Shown here: piece by piece, positions 53,601 through 59,778 of the stretch
How positions within the stretch are numbered: the stretch's first letter is position 1
Layout: each line of letters begins with the position of its first letter
IMG/VR virus record: IMGVR_UViG_3300042396_000691
Coordinates: 45,716-109,715 of that record
Length of the DNA: 64,000 nt
Direction: 5' to 3' (one strand)
Source: a virus
Taxonomy: Duplodnaviria; Caudoviricetes
Notes under the pieces: model-generated
The model's input: the letters and a program-made list of their open reading frames with translations, nothing else
The model's database searches: none
Told to the model about the DNA's origin: nothing
Made by a program: the position numbers and the translations under genes

Positions 53601-53992
53601 GACAGTCTACTTACTTCACTACCTACAGCACCAACTTGCCCAACACTGTCTGTAGAAACTTGAGTTAATCTGATCATTTCACGATCAAAATCTATAGCAG
53701 CAGTTAATGCTTGCTTTAGAGAAGATGTAAAAGTGATAATAGCTCCAGCAGTAAGCGTAAAAGCCACAAATCTTTTAGCAGCTAAACCTGACTGTCTACC
53801 AAACTGTTCCATAGCAGTACTAGCTTCTTCTGCTTGCACTTTAATGTATTTTAAACTATTTCCAGAATCTTTTGGTAAACCTAAAGACACTGCACCAACA
53901 TCTTTCAATTGACTGTTGATGGTGTTAGCAGCATTTTTTAAAGATGCCGTATTTAGTGCTACATTCAACTGTGCCGTTAAATTAAAAGCCAT
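38699..53992 (-). CDS. Giant tail tape measure protein (5097 aa) with embedded accessory domains
   Basis: TP901-type core (AIDFDREM, ESAESIGTGLRTIFTR); Ala/Gly hydrophobic segments; coiled coils; position after tail tube and chaperones. Confidence 0.9.
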   Translation of the reverse strand: MAFNLTAQLNVALNTASLKNAANTINSQLKDVGAVSLGLPKDSGNSLKYIKVQAEEASTAMEQFGRQSGLAAKRFVAFTLTAGAIITFTSSLKQALTAAIDFDREMIRLTQVSTDSVGQVGAVGSEVSRLSKNYGVSSKELLTTAVTLKQANLSLADTKAALEALAQAALAPSFDNLRDTTEGAIAVMNQFGISAKDLGNALGAINAVAAEFAVEAEDLIEGVRKAGGAFKAAGGDLNEFLALFTSIRQTTRESAESIGTGLRTIFTRVQRNETVEALKEIGVQLRYTADEAKAAGDLGLANQFVGPYEAVKRLSGALNELRSTDPRFSAIVEELGGYRQISKVIPLIQEFGVAQKALGVAQIGGASLALNAAQAQEAFGVKIQKVKEEFSDFIRNLTNTSSFKSLIDLLLGAASAGIALADSLKGVLPVITAIAAVKTAQSLTGFAKGFGSTAFSPAPANQPSTFSPFLPTGAKKASGGIIKMAKGGIVPGVGRGDKVPALLEPGELVIPRSRFSGGGSIQAEQFISKELLLKLFDSSKNPKDDDYRSGNLINPNDTIKYNIISFPLEDQKSAKLKNIGAQGNSFEIFAAERLGASRTKPGFPIDLIGKIPYEVKNVGEAVSDAELVDKLARYQMRIGNQKKLSNSIEKDNLINLGSIGVVYNTAKFKEGEYEQLVKDKNYTQGDPSLANTQNQKLKLTEQQNSVLKTSKLPKPPKLALGGLVPGVGNTDSVPLDLPIGSYVIKKSSVNSIGASNLSRLGRAGGGVIPSLVMPGEYIYSPDETKQIGVPNLDYMNTTGRKKFASGGYGGLTKEEIKIAKRLEQQFRIPTNSTERGQNRQQAIDVVKDMNQTSKDVKPLLDANRKVTREIIVGLRYEKLLNEEKQKLTGALSQQEKDVRKAKKAEQRDIRAGVPTTASTATRVAAEQAYAATLADLGKVNTELADNRKRIGQDERSRARVQGEIEKLKNKYKENPDGNITKDGQVITSTFGNSYNKILEKELSNYKKLYGEEATGSTRKALTTNVNDRAKAGYFQQLKSFSEAKGLEFNEKFANDQAQQMASEVEAGRRKVQTTAKGEFYDENLAKRLKKEGYSETGKKGIGRKVSDFAKTTFSRENLQNNIFAASTGLGMIGGSFDLSDAKAKEAVSSKSEAQYKANAAGAGLFTGVAAGASVGSFLGPWGIAVGAAVGGLTGFVNGLKDAEKQIADIKLEQAGTQLKNAFAVAATSFEKIAATTLKEITDLQDKIDTAIAEKSKASVTSFSLTNSGTQEAKSAKAERRTQYAGQASGIDSLLSKQIEEEIKSSIAFDEKTKTFKPRDDQKFDPSKFFEDTSNSAQIGKLSIGLDQPIEKLKKKFETFARDFEKQQIAIKNQTLSVKSTEQLNVAFSLLANASSNAASTLNNLSPRFQTITDALSSNFSIGQKKRISSDVQSSFLNPNMFVENLKDVSSGLGSSGSNFEKSGNIVANISALLPDILANINPNDVKGGKDPQSVLRGVLTQELNNRGFNKSDTTAYVNSIVGKMGEDFSKMLAESGGDYGEFAKKIMSGVSEPFLKAYQKIAEDLEKASDAYVSGINKLAQETIKTVNEYEKLGKIQQQTRNFKTNIDIENEIKKQKTANPLGARFGEIKEGQIGLDMTNIFDQTQAFAEQQARLTGLNNGDQLDPQQIQDRINQNRINTEAAEAKRKNARFTAGANGRGQDTDATNELGRLKVEASLLNQAMKNLADSTEEVSAIEQRVGKIRQEIANEEQDNARKQSETENRGEKLLTSSPEQLQRLQAGSQLTSIAKELGGNLLRFNVEQRKAIFEYLDFSGEEGKKLKSEFLQASGFVSKPETKVQDKYGPQLLQLNAQLFAAMAVREQAQSLIIKDQQTLQGQFFAELSKQNEQFFTRLSAELTRTQIGGQEQSLRANDARIKELQAVAPSASVIGNMVTQESYTKYVAPNSKDISVFLASVEKQRSSQKKAEEFRDTNQADVIAANSLGQNNVLDVSKLLNNLAANKNLQGLDINAIIGQVQERSAKTSGVINQKDLASIIRLYAGDQFQTIQNKEVQTQSGELANKLGLSRQLDANNNTYFTNDPNAQGDKANLGSFVLNLLQQNVSSSAFSKAIDDIQRLGGLIGGQFFQQIEQLQTQSTIAANSIQNLNAQLNLLNIPVNQVAPVNPLTPRPRAFNTGGMVTHSSAMVGADPTVFKPIGPDTIPAMLNHGEYVVNAKATSENLPLLQALNGGGTVKPTKAMNAGGPVNYLAEGGFGDLFAPLNVNRLEAQKIAKMQRKQNVDIAVLTKFGNLRGSWRRNALNNSLRILRGSADLTNIPYKDGSLPISAIVSKQNIAPWSKITDIKETGLNIENLGVEARNNLLQMTKAGVVYGMPLAIKQVPYQQILDATEDYLRANANPVGLDGRQAVDPVDRDGNTRSYYERRANLKPYFEDLLMAGSPPEITTIGAGYFERNYGLKSIKNIKAIGFSKGGQAGGRTPAMVQSGEFIVSADKAKKNKGLLDHMNGGGKVSYLSKGGYPERVNSNFFNNSDAYYRVIHGEESLGDVKLGTVRTNANAKVSSNATLAEKMKARPTAFPSFSKGQASMAYAGQNENHTIIVSDDASIKPSNSGRHGKGSTYFPTIDGKPQASLNENFRAYKHIGNGQYELVFSKGALNPKTISPFVGAGKKAIGAALVAAGSLAFPNMSMAGETKKVLSGTKDQSFINPNDLKNVVKKDREFNIEDFLKIGAVGLGVTTVAGLGYLGLNKFFGGKKPVEPSIGSSDGPMSMSKYLKPSKQELSSRRIPPPLVNAGSSWFNNKELIENLAVEDAEVAKIVQRTFEPGFLEVRKALKGTGRLKLNKDLSYLKPREKKPRENIFSRMFKQMTSGYGKQGTSAYIAEPKAQEIPKSPLGVLHDPEFMIQAEKYLIDPNSKSINPRRKIDQFKRYLEQEKRMHELYDLHKLELARLREERGPIQGLGWKKPEDIFTTKYLEESREIGDKLFDQPSNRRIKNSMDVFLEKVSNQKYILGRGGDNSGPGQPKVSTVYDRSYTGSSMYKSNPAHYSISEKPVEQKGIMGHELTHSIQDFAQDKMSPMHNSLYGAINMEEYGKRGSASSPWKQGGIPTFLSELQANANESRKLKSGKSRGLTALLSMLDHASDESMADIYNSGFHQSIAKDIKAGKPIALDGILGGKFGNRGIEVELVKEAIKRAYSPDIAAEKIKGLNISGPNNEASIHTLFPPKIENPIVDLSKPKKIIDAPDINSSKKVSSSKIPSKNISFAPKESLRSLLLKTGLTAGAVFAFTNELKGADPKKVYTGTADKPLTNITDLNKVIDLDREFNTEDFIKAGILATGIGVPGYFLAKAAINKTIKFFQKPVDVYPEGEAPVEPVKPVATTLSEQIKNAKLTQQEIEKFKTMSQSERVEFLNSKNIETPQKFLETEKASRIIKNLNMDDLSKYQDLSQKGKEAFIKNAIEQNKFENQIADYKTGDMAKPVTSEVKKTTPSDVNVKIDSKNNIKDLMKSESNFLNEKILKNKSGTTHFEALQNPIKNTVFSFEKPKNFRTDFGIIGLLDPREIRERQTRGVIGILGERLRNDRNNSAAELRAGQIRAQEAQALRQQQILQDRRNVIEAQRGGPRMRLNADGRRPLPLVRQPIFGPPAPAPFVGPLPPEPFVGPVVPPEVKPTVKPIPKVELPPEVKLPPKVDVTTGNKPNLNDAGKGTDGRTGTQPSEVLPETKLPPKPQPIVAELPKPVAQPKQQTIREILASKGVTSSEMTQVLNEYKDISKSGDINQIMGAVEKVREKNKGVSVEVNRQVVRAGGNANKIITNSPKFKMADGGKTIAKYGAYAQMALPLARTAIVDSMYGVDPSEIKKKLGQEAATSAAIIPLFELFTRIPRVAPFAGPLGLAFLPQTVSDLEAIGTSLTSDINPVRLQKAVETYGQAFPEIANLYDKKKYQDSESIFGGGNADTTGTGELVSTGGAIAAGALAGTAIPIPGATLVGAGIGLIIAQYKTLSNAYAKNLKKGKREEAKYLRKYLQPRFDARGMGTDHAAFFDDADNESYTKELNNNPSLYLNKYADELESYGMVTDSRFKDLTNQRYLNENPYTSIEDAILFEKLKNKGERGIPESFISEISPLQKSGASEGQLNKIREKYNPDGKASDSIDSILKKLGKGDSGKINDYDKSAIFGRLFKQDKNLSNISELEPKILFDDQNEQKIVEIAKSLGVKPSNDKGYPIKDLNRKYEVFDIESIRSQELYSKIEIAERLKAGEDQKIKDTGKKLRLDAPPIEKIRSDDYVNEQSAKVSSLMEPYMSYGDPLVDKPQMIDADKEKRINLKNILEQELFGGVYKEETTKDNLLDYISLIKNINDKIYYNDQNNGLTEKNYAGLWPQYQNIEIEKRQKENALILEQFSKDFGKKLTAIVPFFNNNLFNTGFDALQYSSNDGNVETKENFFKYDSNKLKKDLSIPDEKEVVSKDIYDYFEKNKGIKYNWIGAKEDNFEKPLAMASGGIVPSSAPNPDPSFFVAKGTDTVPAILSPGEYVVNARATAANLPLLQNLNSGGAVKYLNRGGNLTAINPMYARYSGQSPGRGYISSGPRYNNEMDRMADQGTGLYDMASGKRYRPTRYEKRRTDFDIGTQGYLASRVYNPRVTANTLGNLANYRADRSGNLNRPDLFKYYSFNYGTEILEKHSKEFGGVGSGNISFSGGPIPNYVGGLNAVSDSRYGSAKLAGASKFAMEDSVFNDILNNKEISRAPITGYRTSAVGSRYISGLIGGPPNHGDNGQNYDKVSLKDYINELGFSKAGNQSFQGVSANKALAGSSLASMPGSNVGIAQQAISSLQKDGLGSLSVNNTDVAATQALDTIKNARMSHYDAPFQKITPPRPAPNRYFSLANRVQGNPVFSSGPVRPFRFMANGGSSTDTQPAMLTPGEFVVSKPAVDRVGTAFLDRVNNYAKGGKVGYYDGGSGKGRGAISTFDSSELNNAGNNLRVAGESVAVGAGTLNQTLQVVSGSFNSASSTFNQAVSIMNTAASAMTSSSRNFEMAVNDLTSALDRIPSTINLAMSPLLLNISFNTPSVLQAIQQSLSGITLNIAAQIQNAITGFKRNEL

Positions 53993-54006
53993 TTTTTCAC
54001 CCCAAT

Positions 54007-54052
54007 AAAAAAGGGCAGGGAATAAGCGTAAATGTACGATTACTCACTACCC
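54007..54052 (-). terminator. Intrinsic terminator/attenuator immediately upstream of the TMP gene
   Basis: Minus strand GGGTAG-T-GAGTAA-T-CGTA loop TACG-C-TTATTC-C-CTGCCC followed by TTTTTT. Confidence 0.65.
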
Positions 54053-54075
54053 ATCTTTGAAGATACTGTCCGTTA

Positions 54076-54957
54076 TTACTTACTTTCGATATCTTTCTTT
54101 TCAACAGATTCAACTGCTTGAACCTTTTCAACTGTCTCAGCTTTTTCAGCTTTTTCAGCCAAGGGCTTGCCTTCGTCATCCAAGAATGGAGTAAATTCAA
54201 CAATATACTCCCCTTTTTCATCAACCAGATTGCCATGAATATCAATTAGTTCATCTTTTTCATTGATATATCTGCCATCTTTGTTGACTAATCTTCCTTC
54301 GGAATCAACCCTGTGGCCACTTTTATTAACAAAATTCAAGTCTTGATCTACAAACTTGTACTTCTTAAGAAATTCATTCTCTGGAAGCTTTTTTTCATAG
54401 TCTGGATCAAGGTTATACAGCATCAACGCTAGGTTACTTGCTGCTGGATTAGTTACTGGGTCATCATCCCTATTTAGATAGTCTTCATAACTAGCATAAT
54501 AAGTTTTACCCGTATCTGAATACACCGTACAAGCACTAACCCAGTAGTTGAATTGAGCATTATCTGCTTGACCTTCAGCAGTATTTGAATCTAACGAAGA
54601 ACGCTCAGATGTAAGCGACCTAAGTTCAGCCCTGTCCTTCTTCATTTGAAGGGCTAAGTCCTTTGCCTCAGACAGTTTAATACCACCAGACTTGATCTTT
54701 CTTTCATTAGAATTAATTTTTTCAACTAATTTTTTATACTGAGCTTCCTTATTATCATCCCACAAGTTCTGCTCTCGCATAACATTGTTTACTTTAGCAC
54801 GAAGGATAGCACCTGATTCGACTGCATCCCGAAATGCCTTGTTGTATGTCTTTTGCCCTTCTTGTCGTTGTTTGACATTAGGGCGAATTACGCACAATTC
54901 CATCTCTTTGCTATCAAGAGTTACCTTAAAAACCTTCTTGTTATCGTTGACACTCAT
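54076..54957 (-). CDS. Putative tail assembly chaperone (short paralog)
   Basis: Directly upstream of TMP; helical; has [VI][DN]xxG beta-hairpin repeats. Confidence 0.55.
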   Translation of the reverse strand: MSVNDNKKVFKVTLDSKEMELCVIRPNVKQRQEGQKTYNKAFRDAVESGAILRAKVNNVMREQNLWDDNKEAQYKKLVEKINSNERKIKSGGIKLSEAKDLALQMKKDRAELRSLTSERSSLDSNTAEGQADNAQFNYWVSACTVYSDTGKTYYASYEDYLNRDDDPVTNPAASNLALMLYNLDPDYEKKLPENEFLKKYKFVDQDLNFVNKSGHRVDSEGRLVNKDGRYINEKDELIDIHGNLVDEKGEYIVEFTPFLDDEGKPLAEKAEKAETVEKVQAVESVEKKDIESK

Positions 54958-55324
54958 CTTTGTCCTCCTTTGTTTTTAGAAAAGTCTGGTGTCTATTCCA
55001 AGAAATCAAATACTGGCCCATCTCATTTTCTACTGCTCTTATTTGATGATTGCCGTTATTGAGTACTGCCGTTCTACATTCTTCCCATAATTGCTTCCAT
55101 TCTAACTGTTCGTCTGTAAGTTCACTTTCTGACAAACGATGCCCCCAAAGCTCTCCAAAATTTTGCTCAAAAGAAGATAACGCACCAATAAAGGCAGTCC
55201 TAACTTTTGTGCTAGTAATTTTAAAAAGCCTAGCTCTTGAATCTGATTGATATTTTTTTTTGCCCTTTTCATTTTCCTCCTGACTTAATCTTAACGCATC
55301 TTGCATCTGTTTTTCAACATCCAT
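54941..55324 (-). CDS. Hypothetical tail-module protein
   Basis: 127-aa ORF with RBS AAGGAG. Confidence 0.55.
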   Translation of the reverse strand: MDVEKQMQDALRLSQEENEKGKKKYQSDSRARLFKITSTKVRTAFIGALSSFEQNFGELWGHRLSESELTDEQLEWKQLWEECRTAVLNNGNHQIRAVENEMGQYLISWNRHQTFLKTKEDKDECQR

Positions 55325-55326
55325 TT

Positions 55327-56373
55327 TTATCTCCTTAATTTATTAGATTGCATCTGTAAATCAAGTTTTGTATCTGGCATGTCTGCTTCATTTAAGAAAC
55401 CCTTTTGTTGAATCATTTTCAATCTTTGTTTTTTTATATTTCTTGCATTATCATCATTTAATGAATCAATTCTTTCCCGATCACTTTTCGATTGCCCTAT
55501 AACAAAAACTTCTCCGCTATTCTTAATCTTATCATTAGATATCAGGTCTTCTACTTGTAATTTTGTTTGATTTTTCTGTCTGTCTTTCCTTTGCACAATC
55601 ATCCACCCATCTATCAAATCATCATCGTCAACTATTTCCTGCTGTGGACAACTTGGGTGTTCATAAATATTATCATACATAGTAGACCAAATCACTAAAG
55701 ATTTTTGATCTTCTGTTAAATCTACGGTTGGAACGCCAAAAACTTCTCGTTCACACTTCTTGCAAGACCAAGTAGATCTCCAAGGCTCTGTTCTAGCCAT
55801 CTCTCTAAAGTCTTGTTCGCTTATTCTACTGTCTATAAAAATTGTTGTAGCTTCTTCTAGTAGTGGTTCTACATTTTTCCAAAAGTCATCGTTTTCCCAA
55901 ACTCTAGTGCCATCTTCGTGATATAGACTTTTACCAACTAGATAACGAATCCTCATCATTGAGGCTGTTCCAGAACATGATAAGTGATTGTAAGAATTTT
56001 TTTGTTCTAGTAACTCAGAGAGTTTTTCTTTTGCCATACTCAAAAATTTTCTAAGCACTTTTCTTTCTTCAGATTTGAAAGCTGCTTGAAAAAGTTTTAC
56101 CTTATAGTCTTCTATATCTTGTTGGACTTGTTTTAAATCGTTTTCTTTTTCTTCAGACCAAATTGAGTTTTCGTATAAGAATTCTTTTATTTCTTTATCG
56201 TTATATAATCCATCTAATTCAGCATCTCGCAATGCTTCTAAATACATCTCTTGTGCGATGTGTCTTGTATGGCGATCTGGTTGTTTTATTAGATAAACTT
56301 TTCCGTTTACTTTGCAACGAAAAAATCCAGAAATGATTCTACTAATGTAGAGTTCCTTTATTGCCTGTTCCAT
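55327..56373 (-). CDS. Putative tail assembly chaperone (long paralog)
   Basis: Follows the major tail gene; N-terminal half aligns with 54076-54957. Confidence 0.55.
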   Translation of the reverse strand: MEQAIKELYISRIISGFFRCKVNGKVYLIKQPDRHTRHIAQEMYLEALRDAELDGLYNDKEIKEFLYENSIWSEEKENDLKQVQQDIEDYKVKLFQAAFKSEERKVLRKFLSMAKEKLSELLEQKNSYNHLSCSGTASMMRIRYLVGKSLYHEDGTRVWENDDFWKNVEPLLEEATTIFIDSRISEQDFREMARTEPWRSTWSCKKCEREVFGVPTVDLTEDQKSLVIWSTMYDNIYEHPSCPQQEIVDDDDLIDGWMIVQRKDRQKNQTKLQVEDLISNDKIKNSGEVFVIGQSKSDRERIDSLNDDNARNIKKQRLKMIQQKGFLNEADMPDTKLDLQMQSNKLRR

Positions 56374-56395
56374 CCAATGTTCCTAAAAATTAAAG

Positions 56396-56420
56396 GAGTC
56401 GCAAGGGTTACTTGCGACTC
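56396..56420 (-). terminator. Terminator hairpin after the major tail protein gene
   Basis: Perfect 10-bp stem GAGTCGCAAG / CTTGCGACTC, followed on the minus strand by CTTTAATTTTT. Confidence 0.75.
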
Positions 56421-56442
56421 GTTTATTGAAATCAATTAACCG

Positions 56443-57534
56443 TTACACAAAAGAACCAGGATCTTTAGTGTGCGTAACCTTGAAATCATTAAAGGTCTGG
56501 AAGCTATAAGTAACAGTAGCATTGCCACCGTCAGTTCCACCACCTTGATAATTAGCAGACTGCAACTTGTTCTTGCCACCAAGATCAATAACAGTGCCTT
56601 CGGTTAAATACAACTTAATGGTTTCATCATTAAGGTTTTTACCGTTACCAAGAACGCCAGCTTCAGTTGCACCAATTTGATCACCGTTCTTGCTTATAAC
56701 TGCCAATTCGCAAGTAACTGCTACTGGAAATTTAACATAACGGAAATATGGTGCTTTGCGACCAAGCTCAAGAATCTGTTCACGACCAAGATTAGCAGAG
56801 GTCGAAAAAGATTGGAAAGATGCACTATAACATTTGAGAACATCATCCAAAACATTTTTACCTGATCCATTAATACCAGGAATACATTTTGGAAACAATG
56901 ATTGAGCCATGTCAACATGTTGCCTACGAGCAATACCAGAGGCAATTTGACCAGCAGATGCAGTTGCATCATCATATGGATCAGCATCCCAAGTACTTCC
57001 TGGAACAGCACCTGTTCCTGGAACATCTACTGGTTGGAAATCAGCAGTCCAAGTAGTGCCAGTTGACCAAGTTTTATTGTTGGCAACCAAAGTTACTGAT
57101 TCAGTAGCATTTCCATCTACTGCAACTTTATAGCTAACTTGGCTAACAAAACAACCAGAGATAAAGCAAGTTGTGTTTGGTGTTCCAGAAGCAGCTTCAA
57201 AAGTATCATCAACAATAGAAAGTGCTAGGCCAGCTTTTGCATTAGATCTACCAACAAGGGTAGCACTAGTGGAACCATCGCTGGTAGCAAGATGATAAAT
57301 CAATGGGAAACCATCAAGAACTTTTTCAAGAGTTATTTCAACATCTGGAATATTTTCGATGTTTTCATAGATTGAAATCATACCGATTTCAAAAACTTGT
57401 TCAAGATTAAAGGTGGTATTAATACCAACGCTTTGTAAACCACGAATTTCACGGAAGTTTGCACTATTAAGTTCAACACCGTCACCGCCAATACCTACAG
57501 CTTGGCAAGCATAAAAAATTCTTCTATTTGACAT
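56443..57534 (-). CDS. Major tail (tube) protein
   Basis: Beta-rich, with duplicated motifs LEQVFEIG and REQILELG; strong RBS AGGAG at MSNRR; own terminator; canonical position. Confidence 0.7.
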   Translation of the reverse strand: MSNRRIFYACQAVGIGGDGVELNSANFREIRGLQSVGINTTFNLEQVFEIGMISIYENIENIPDVEITLEKVLDGFPLIYHLATSDGSTSATLVGRSNAKAGLALSIVDDTFEAASGTPNTTCFISGCFVSQVSYKVAVDGNATESVTLVANNKTWSTGTTWTADFQPVDVPGTGAVPGSTWDADPYDDATASAGQIASGIARRQHVDMAQSLFPKCIPGINGSGKNVLDDVLKCYSASFQSFSTSANLGREQILELGRKAPYFRYVKFPVAVTCELAVISKNGDQIGATEAGVLGNGKNLNDETIKLYLTEGTVIDLGGKNKLQSANYQGGGTDGGNATVTYSFQTFNDFKVTHTKDPGSFV

Positions 57535-57584
57535 TTCTTTTCTCCTAAGTGTATTGTCTGTCCAAACAAAACTGCCCCTCACCT

Positions 57585-57596
57585 AACAAATACACC
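57585..57596 (-). promoter_or_regulatory. Candidate late promoter GGTGTATTTGTT
   Basis: Intergenic, upstream of the major tail gene. Confidence 0.5.
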
Positions 57597-57600
57597 AAAA

Positions 57601-58566
57601 TCATAAAGAATCTATTGAGAAAGTAACCCTAATGGTTGCTGCAAACATTGGTGGAGCAGTAATTTGCTCTTGAGATCTGATTTTATCCCAAGAAACAGGT
57701 TGCAAGCTGTATCCAGTAGTCAACATTTGATCATATGTTATGCCAGAAGGTGCTATATTGCCTTCAAAATTAAGAGGGTATTTACTATCTGCCAATAATT
57801 TTTTCTTATTTATTAAAGATATCCTTTTTTGATACTGATTTACAATTATGTCGTGTATTTGTTTTCTATCCCAAGGTGTTTCCGCTATAACATGCATAAA
57901 AACATCTTGATAATGAACCCTATTTATTGAACCAAGTTCATATGGTTTCATATTTATTGCTGGTAATGACTCTAAAACAACAGCAGGAAGCTGCACCCTA
58001 TTCATTGCCAAAATATCCCAAGTTCCAGAACCCTTCTGAGAAAATTGAACATCATCCCCACGAAAACTGTTGAATTGCACAGACTGAAACCAATTGGTGT
58101 CTGATGATGCAACCCTAACATTTCTATATGAATGAGCACATTTAACAACTGAAGTTGCTGGTAGTGCTGTGTTAAATACTATTTTGCCTTCTGGATAGTT
58201 TATTTTAAAACCAGAGGGGCCAGTAGTAGTATTTTCATAAAAGCTATTGTTTACAAAAACACCACTAATAGATATCGGCTGAGTTGTATAATCAATAGAT
58301 GATTCCCAAACCCATTCAGACCTGATGCCTTCCCAAGCTTTTCCTGATGTATATCTTGGATCTCTTGCCAATCTAAGCTTATAAGGCTCAAAAGAATGTG
58401 ATCCAACACCAGATGGGTATGTTCCAGTAGGTATAACAACATTCGTAAAAGCACCAATATTTAAAAAAGCTGCTTGCATGAACATATAAACAGACGATTC
58501 TAATGTGTCTGAAAAAAGTGGATCGCCATAATTAACAACTCCAGCAAATTTTGACAATGTTCCCAT
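57601..58566 (-). CDS. Putative tail terminator/completion protein
   Basis: Position before the tail tube; QLPAVVLE motif like tail-terminator proteins. Confidence 0.5.
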   Translation of the reverse strand: MGTLSKFAGVVNYGDPLFSDTLESSVYMFMQAAFLNIGAFTNVVIPTGTYPSGVGSHSFEPYKLRLARDPRYTSGKAWEGIRSEWVWESSIDYTTQPISISGVFVNNSFYENTTTGPSGFKINYPEGKIVFNTALPATSVVKCAHSYRNVRVASSDTNWFQSVQFNSFRGDDVQFSQKGSGTWDILAMNRVQLPAVVLESLPAINMKPYELGSINRVHYQDVFMHVIAETPWDRKQIHDIIVNQYQKRISLINKKKLLADSKYPLNFEGNIAPSGITYDQMLTTGYSLQPVSWDKIRSQEQITAPPMFAATIRVTFSIDSL

Positions 58567-58573
58567 TATTCAC

Positions 58574-59218
58574 CTATATATTTATGTAGTCTGTTATAAC
58601 TTTTTGAAATAAATTTGATATATTTCCTTCAACTCTTTTAAGAGATCTTGTTATCCAGTTGTCATTTTCTGTTCCAGCATAATCAGGGTCAATGCTGAAT
58701 CCCTTAGTTTTTGATTTAACCATAATAGCCTGTCCAGTCCTTGATGTGTCAAAAAATCCGTACATAACCCTATATCCAGAAATAACTTCCGATGTTCCAG
58801 CAGTGAGAAGCCAATCTAACCAATCGACTTTTCCACCCTTAGATTGATAAGAACCCATTGGCAAAGACAATATTTGTTGTATACCATCTTTTAAAACAGT
58901 TAATCCTATTCCACCCAAATCATTACTTCTTGCAGGAAGTTTTCTAAGTTCTATTGAACTTACCACTAGTTCAACTATTTGTTCTGCCACTTGTCCAGCA
59001 TTTGATAAACCAACATCATAATAAAGAATGCCATCAATATAATTTAAAAGCTCTAAATAAACAATGTCTTGTCTTAAAGCTGTTTTTATTTCTTGCACAA
59101 AGAGAGTTCTAGTTTTTCTAATAGCAAAACTAATAGATTGACCCACAACTTTTACAATTTCTTTGTTTGCAGCACTATAAAATTCGTTCTCATCAATTCT
59201 AATTGTGTATTTATTCAT
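58574..59218 (-). CDS. Putative neck/tail completion protein
   Basis: Position in the head-tail module; C-terminal AGTENDNWITRSL resembles HK97 gp10-like PGT.P..F. Confidence 0.4.
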   Translation of the reverse strand: MNKYTIRIDENEFYSAANKEIVKVVGQSISFAIRKTRTLFVQEIKTALRQDIVYLELLNYIDGILYYDVGLSNAGQVAEQIVELVVSSIELRKLPARSNDLGGIGLTVLKDGIQQILSLPMGSYQSKGGKVDWLDWLLTAGTSEVISGYRVMYGFFDTSRTGQAIMVKSKTKGFSIDPDYAGTENDNWITRSLKRVEGNISNLFQKVITDYINI

Positions 59219-59740
59219 TTAAGCACCTACCCTGCTCCACATTCCTACCCAATACCTATTTTGAACGATGTTTCCTTGATCAATAGGTTCACCATAGAGT
59301 TCATATGTGAATCTTATCATAGGTTCTAAGCTTATCTGTACAATTAGCTTCCTTGACTGTAAAACATCTGGTAAATCTGAAATATATCCTTTTGTTTGTA
59401 TCATTCCCGCTGGAACTTGAAGTCCAGAAGGCATTTTAACAAACCATTCTGAAGGGCTATTGCCAATAAGAAGCTTTAAAGGTTTTGTCATTTGTTTAAA
59501 ATGATAGCCAGAACCATTGCAAGAAGGGCAAATGGAACCATTTGGAAATGGTATAGGTCCACCATTTATCCAATAGTTTGATGATTTGTTACCAATTGGG
59601 TCCAAAACACAGTTTTCACATATCTCTGGAAGTGCCGGAAATAAAAGAAGACAATCTTTGCCAAGCTGATCTATTAAATCATCTATAGCATCTTGGGCGA
59701 TTTTTTTAACATCAGCAGAAAGCGTAAATAATTTTGCCAT
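59219..59740 (-). CDS. Putative head-closure protein with zinc-finger insertion
   Basis: CENC...CPSCNGSG; RBS AAGGAG before MAKLF; position. Confidence 0.45.
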   Translation of the reverse strand: MAKLFTLSADVKKIAQDAIDDLIDQLGKDCLLLFPALPEICENCVLDPIGNKSSNYWINGGPIPFPNGSICPSCNGSGYHFKQMTKPLKLLIGNSPSEWFVKMPSGLQVPAGMIQTKGYISDLPDVLQSRKLIVQISLEPMIRFTYELYGEPIDQGNIVQNRYWVGMWSRVGA

Positions 59741-59757
59741 GATGGTGTACTCCTTAC

Positions 59758-59769
59758 AATAAATACACC
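59758..59769 (-). promoter_or_regulatory. Candidate late promoter GGTGTATTTATT
   Basis: Intergenic, just upstream of the RBS of 59219-59740. Confidence 0.5.
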
Positions 59770-59778
59770 GATAAAAAA

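Noticed and set aside
39000-55300. Many 60-130 aa ORFs antisense to TMP and tail genes, the nested ORF 53997-54245, and similar shadow ORFs across the window
   Set aside because: They lie within long motif-bearing genes, lack RBSs and recognisable motifs, and reflect codon bias of the real strand
54941-56373. Programmed -1 frameshift in tail chaperone genes
   Set aside because: Each ORF has its own RBS and start; the A-run near 55253-55261 is early in its gene and unremarkable in AT-rich DNA; no fusion product is evident
56443-58566. Contractile tail sheath
   Set aside because: No sheath-sized gene or baseplate wedge motifs recognised beside the tube gene; layout fits a non-contractile tail
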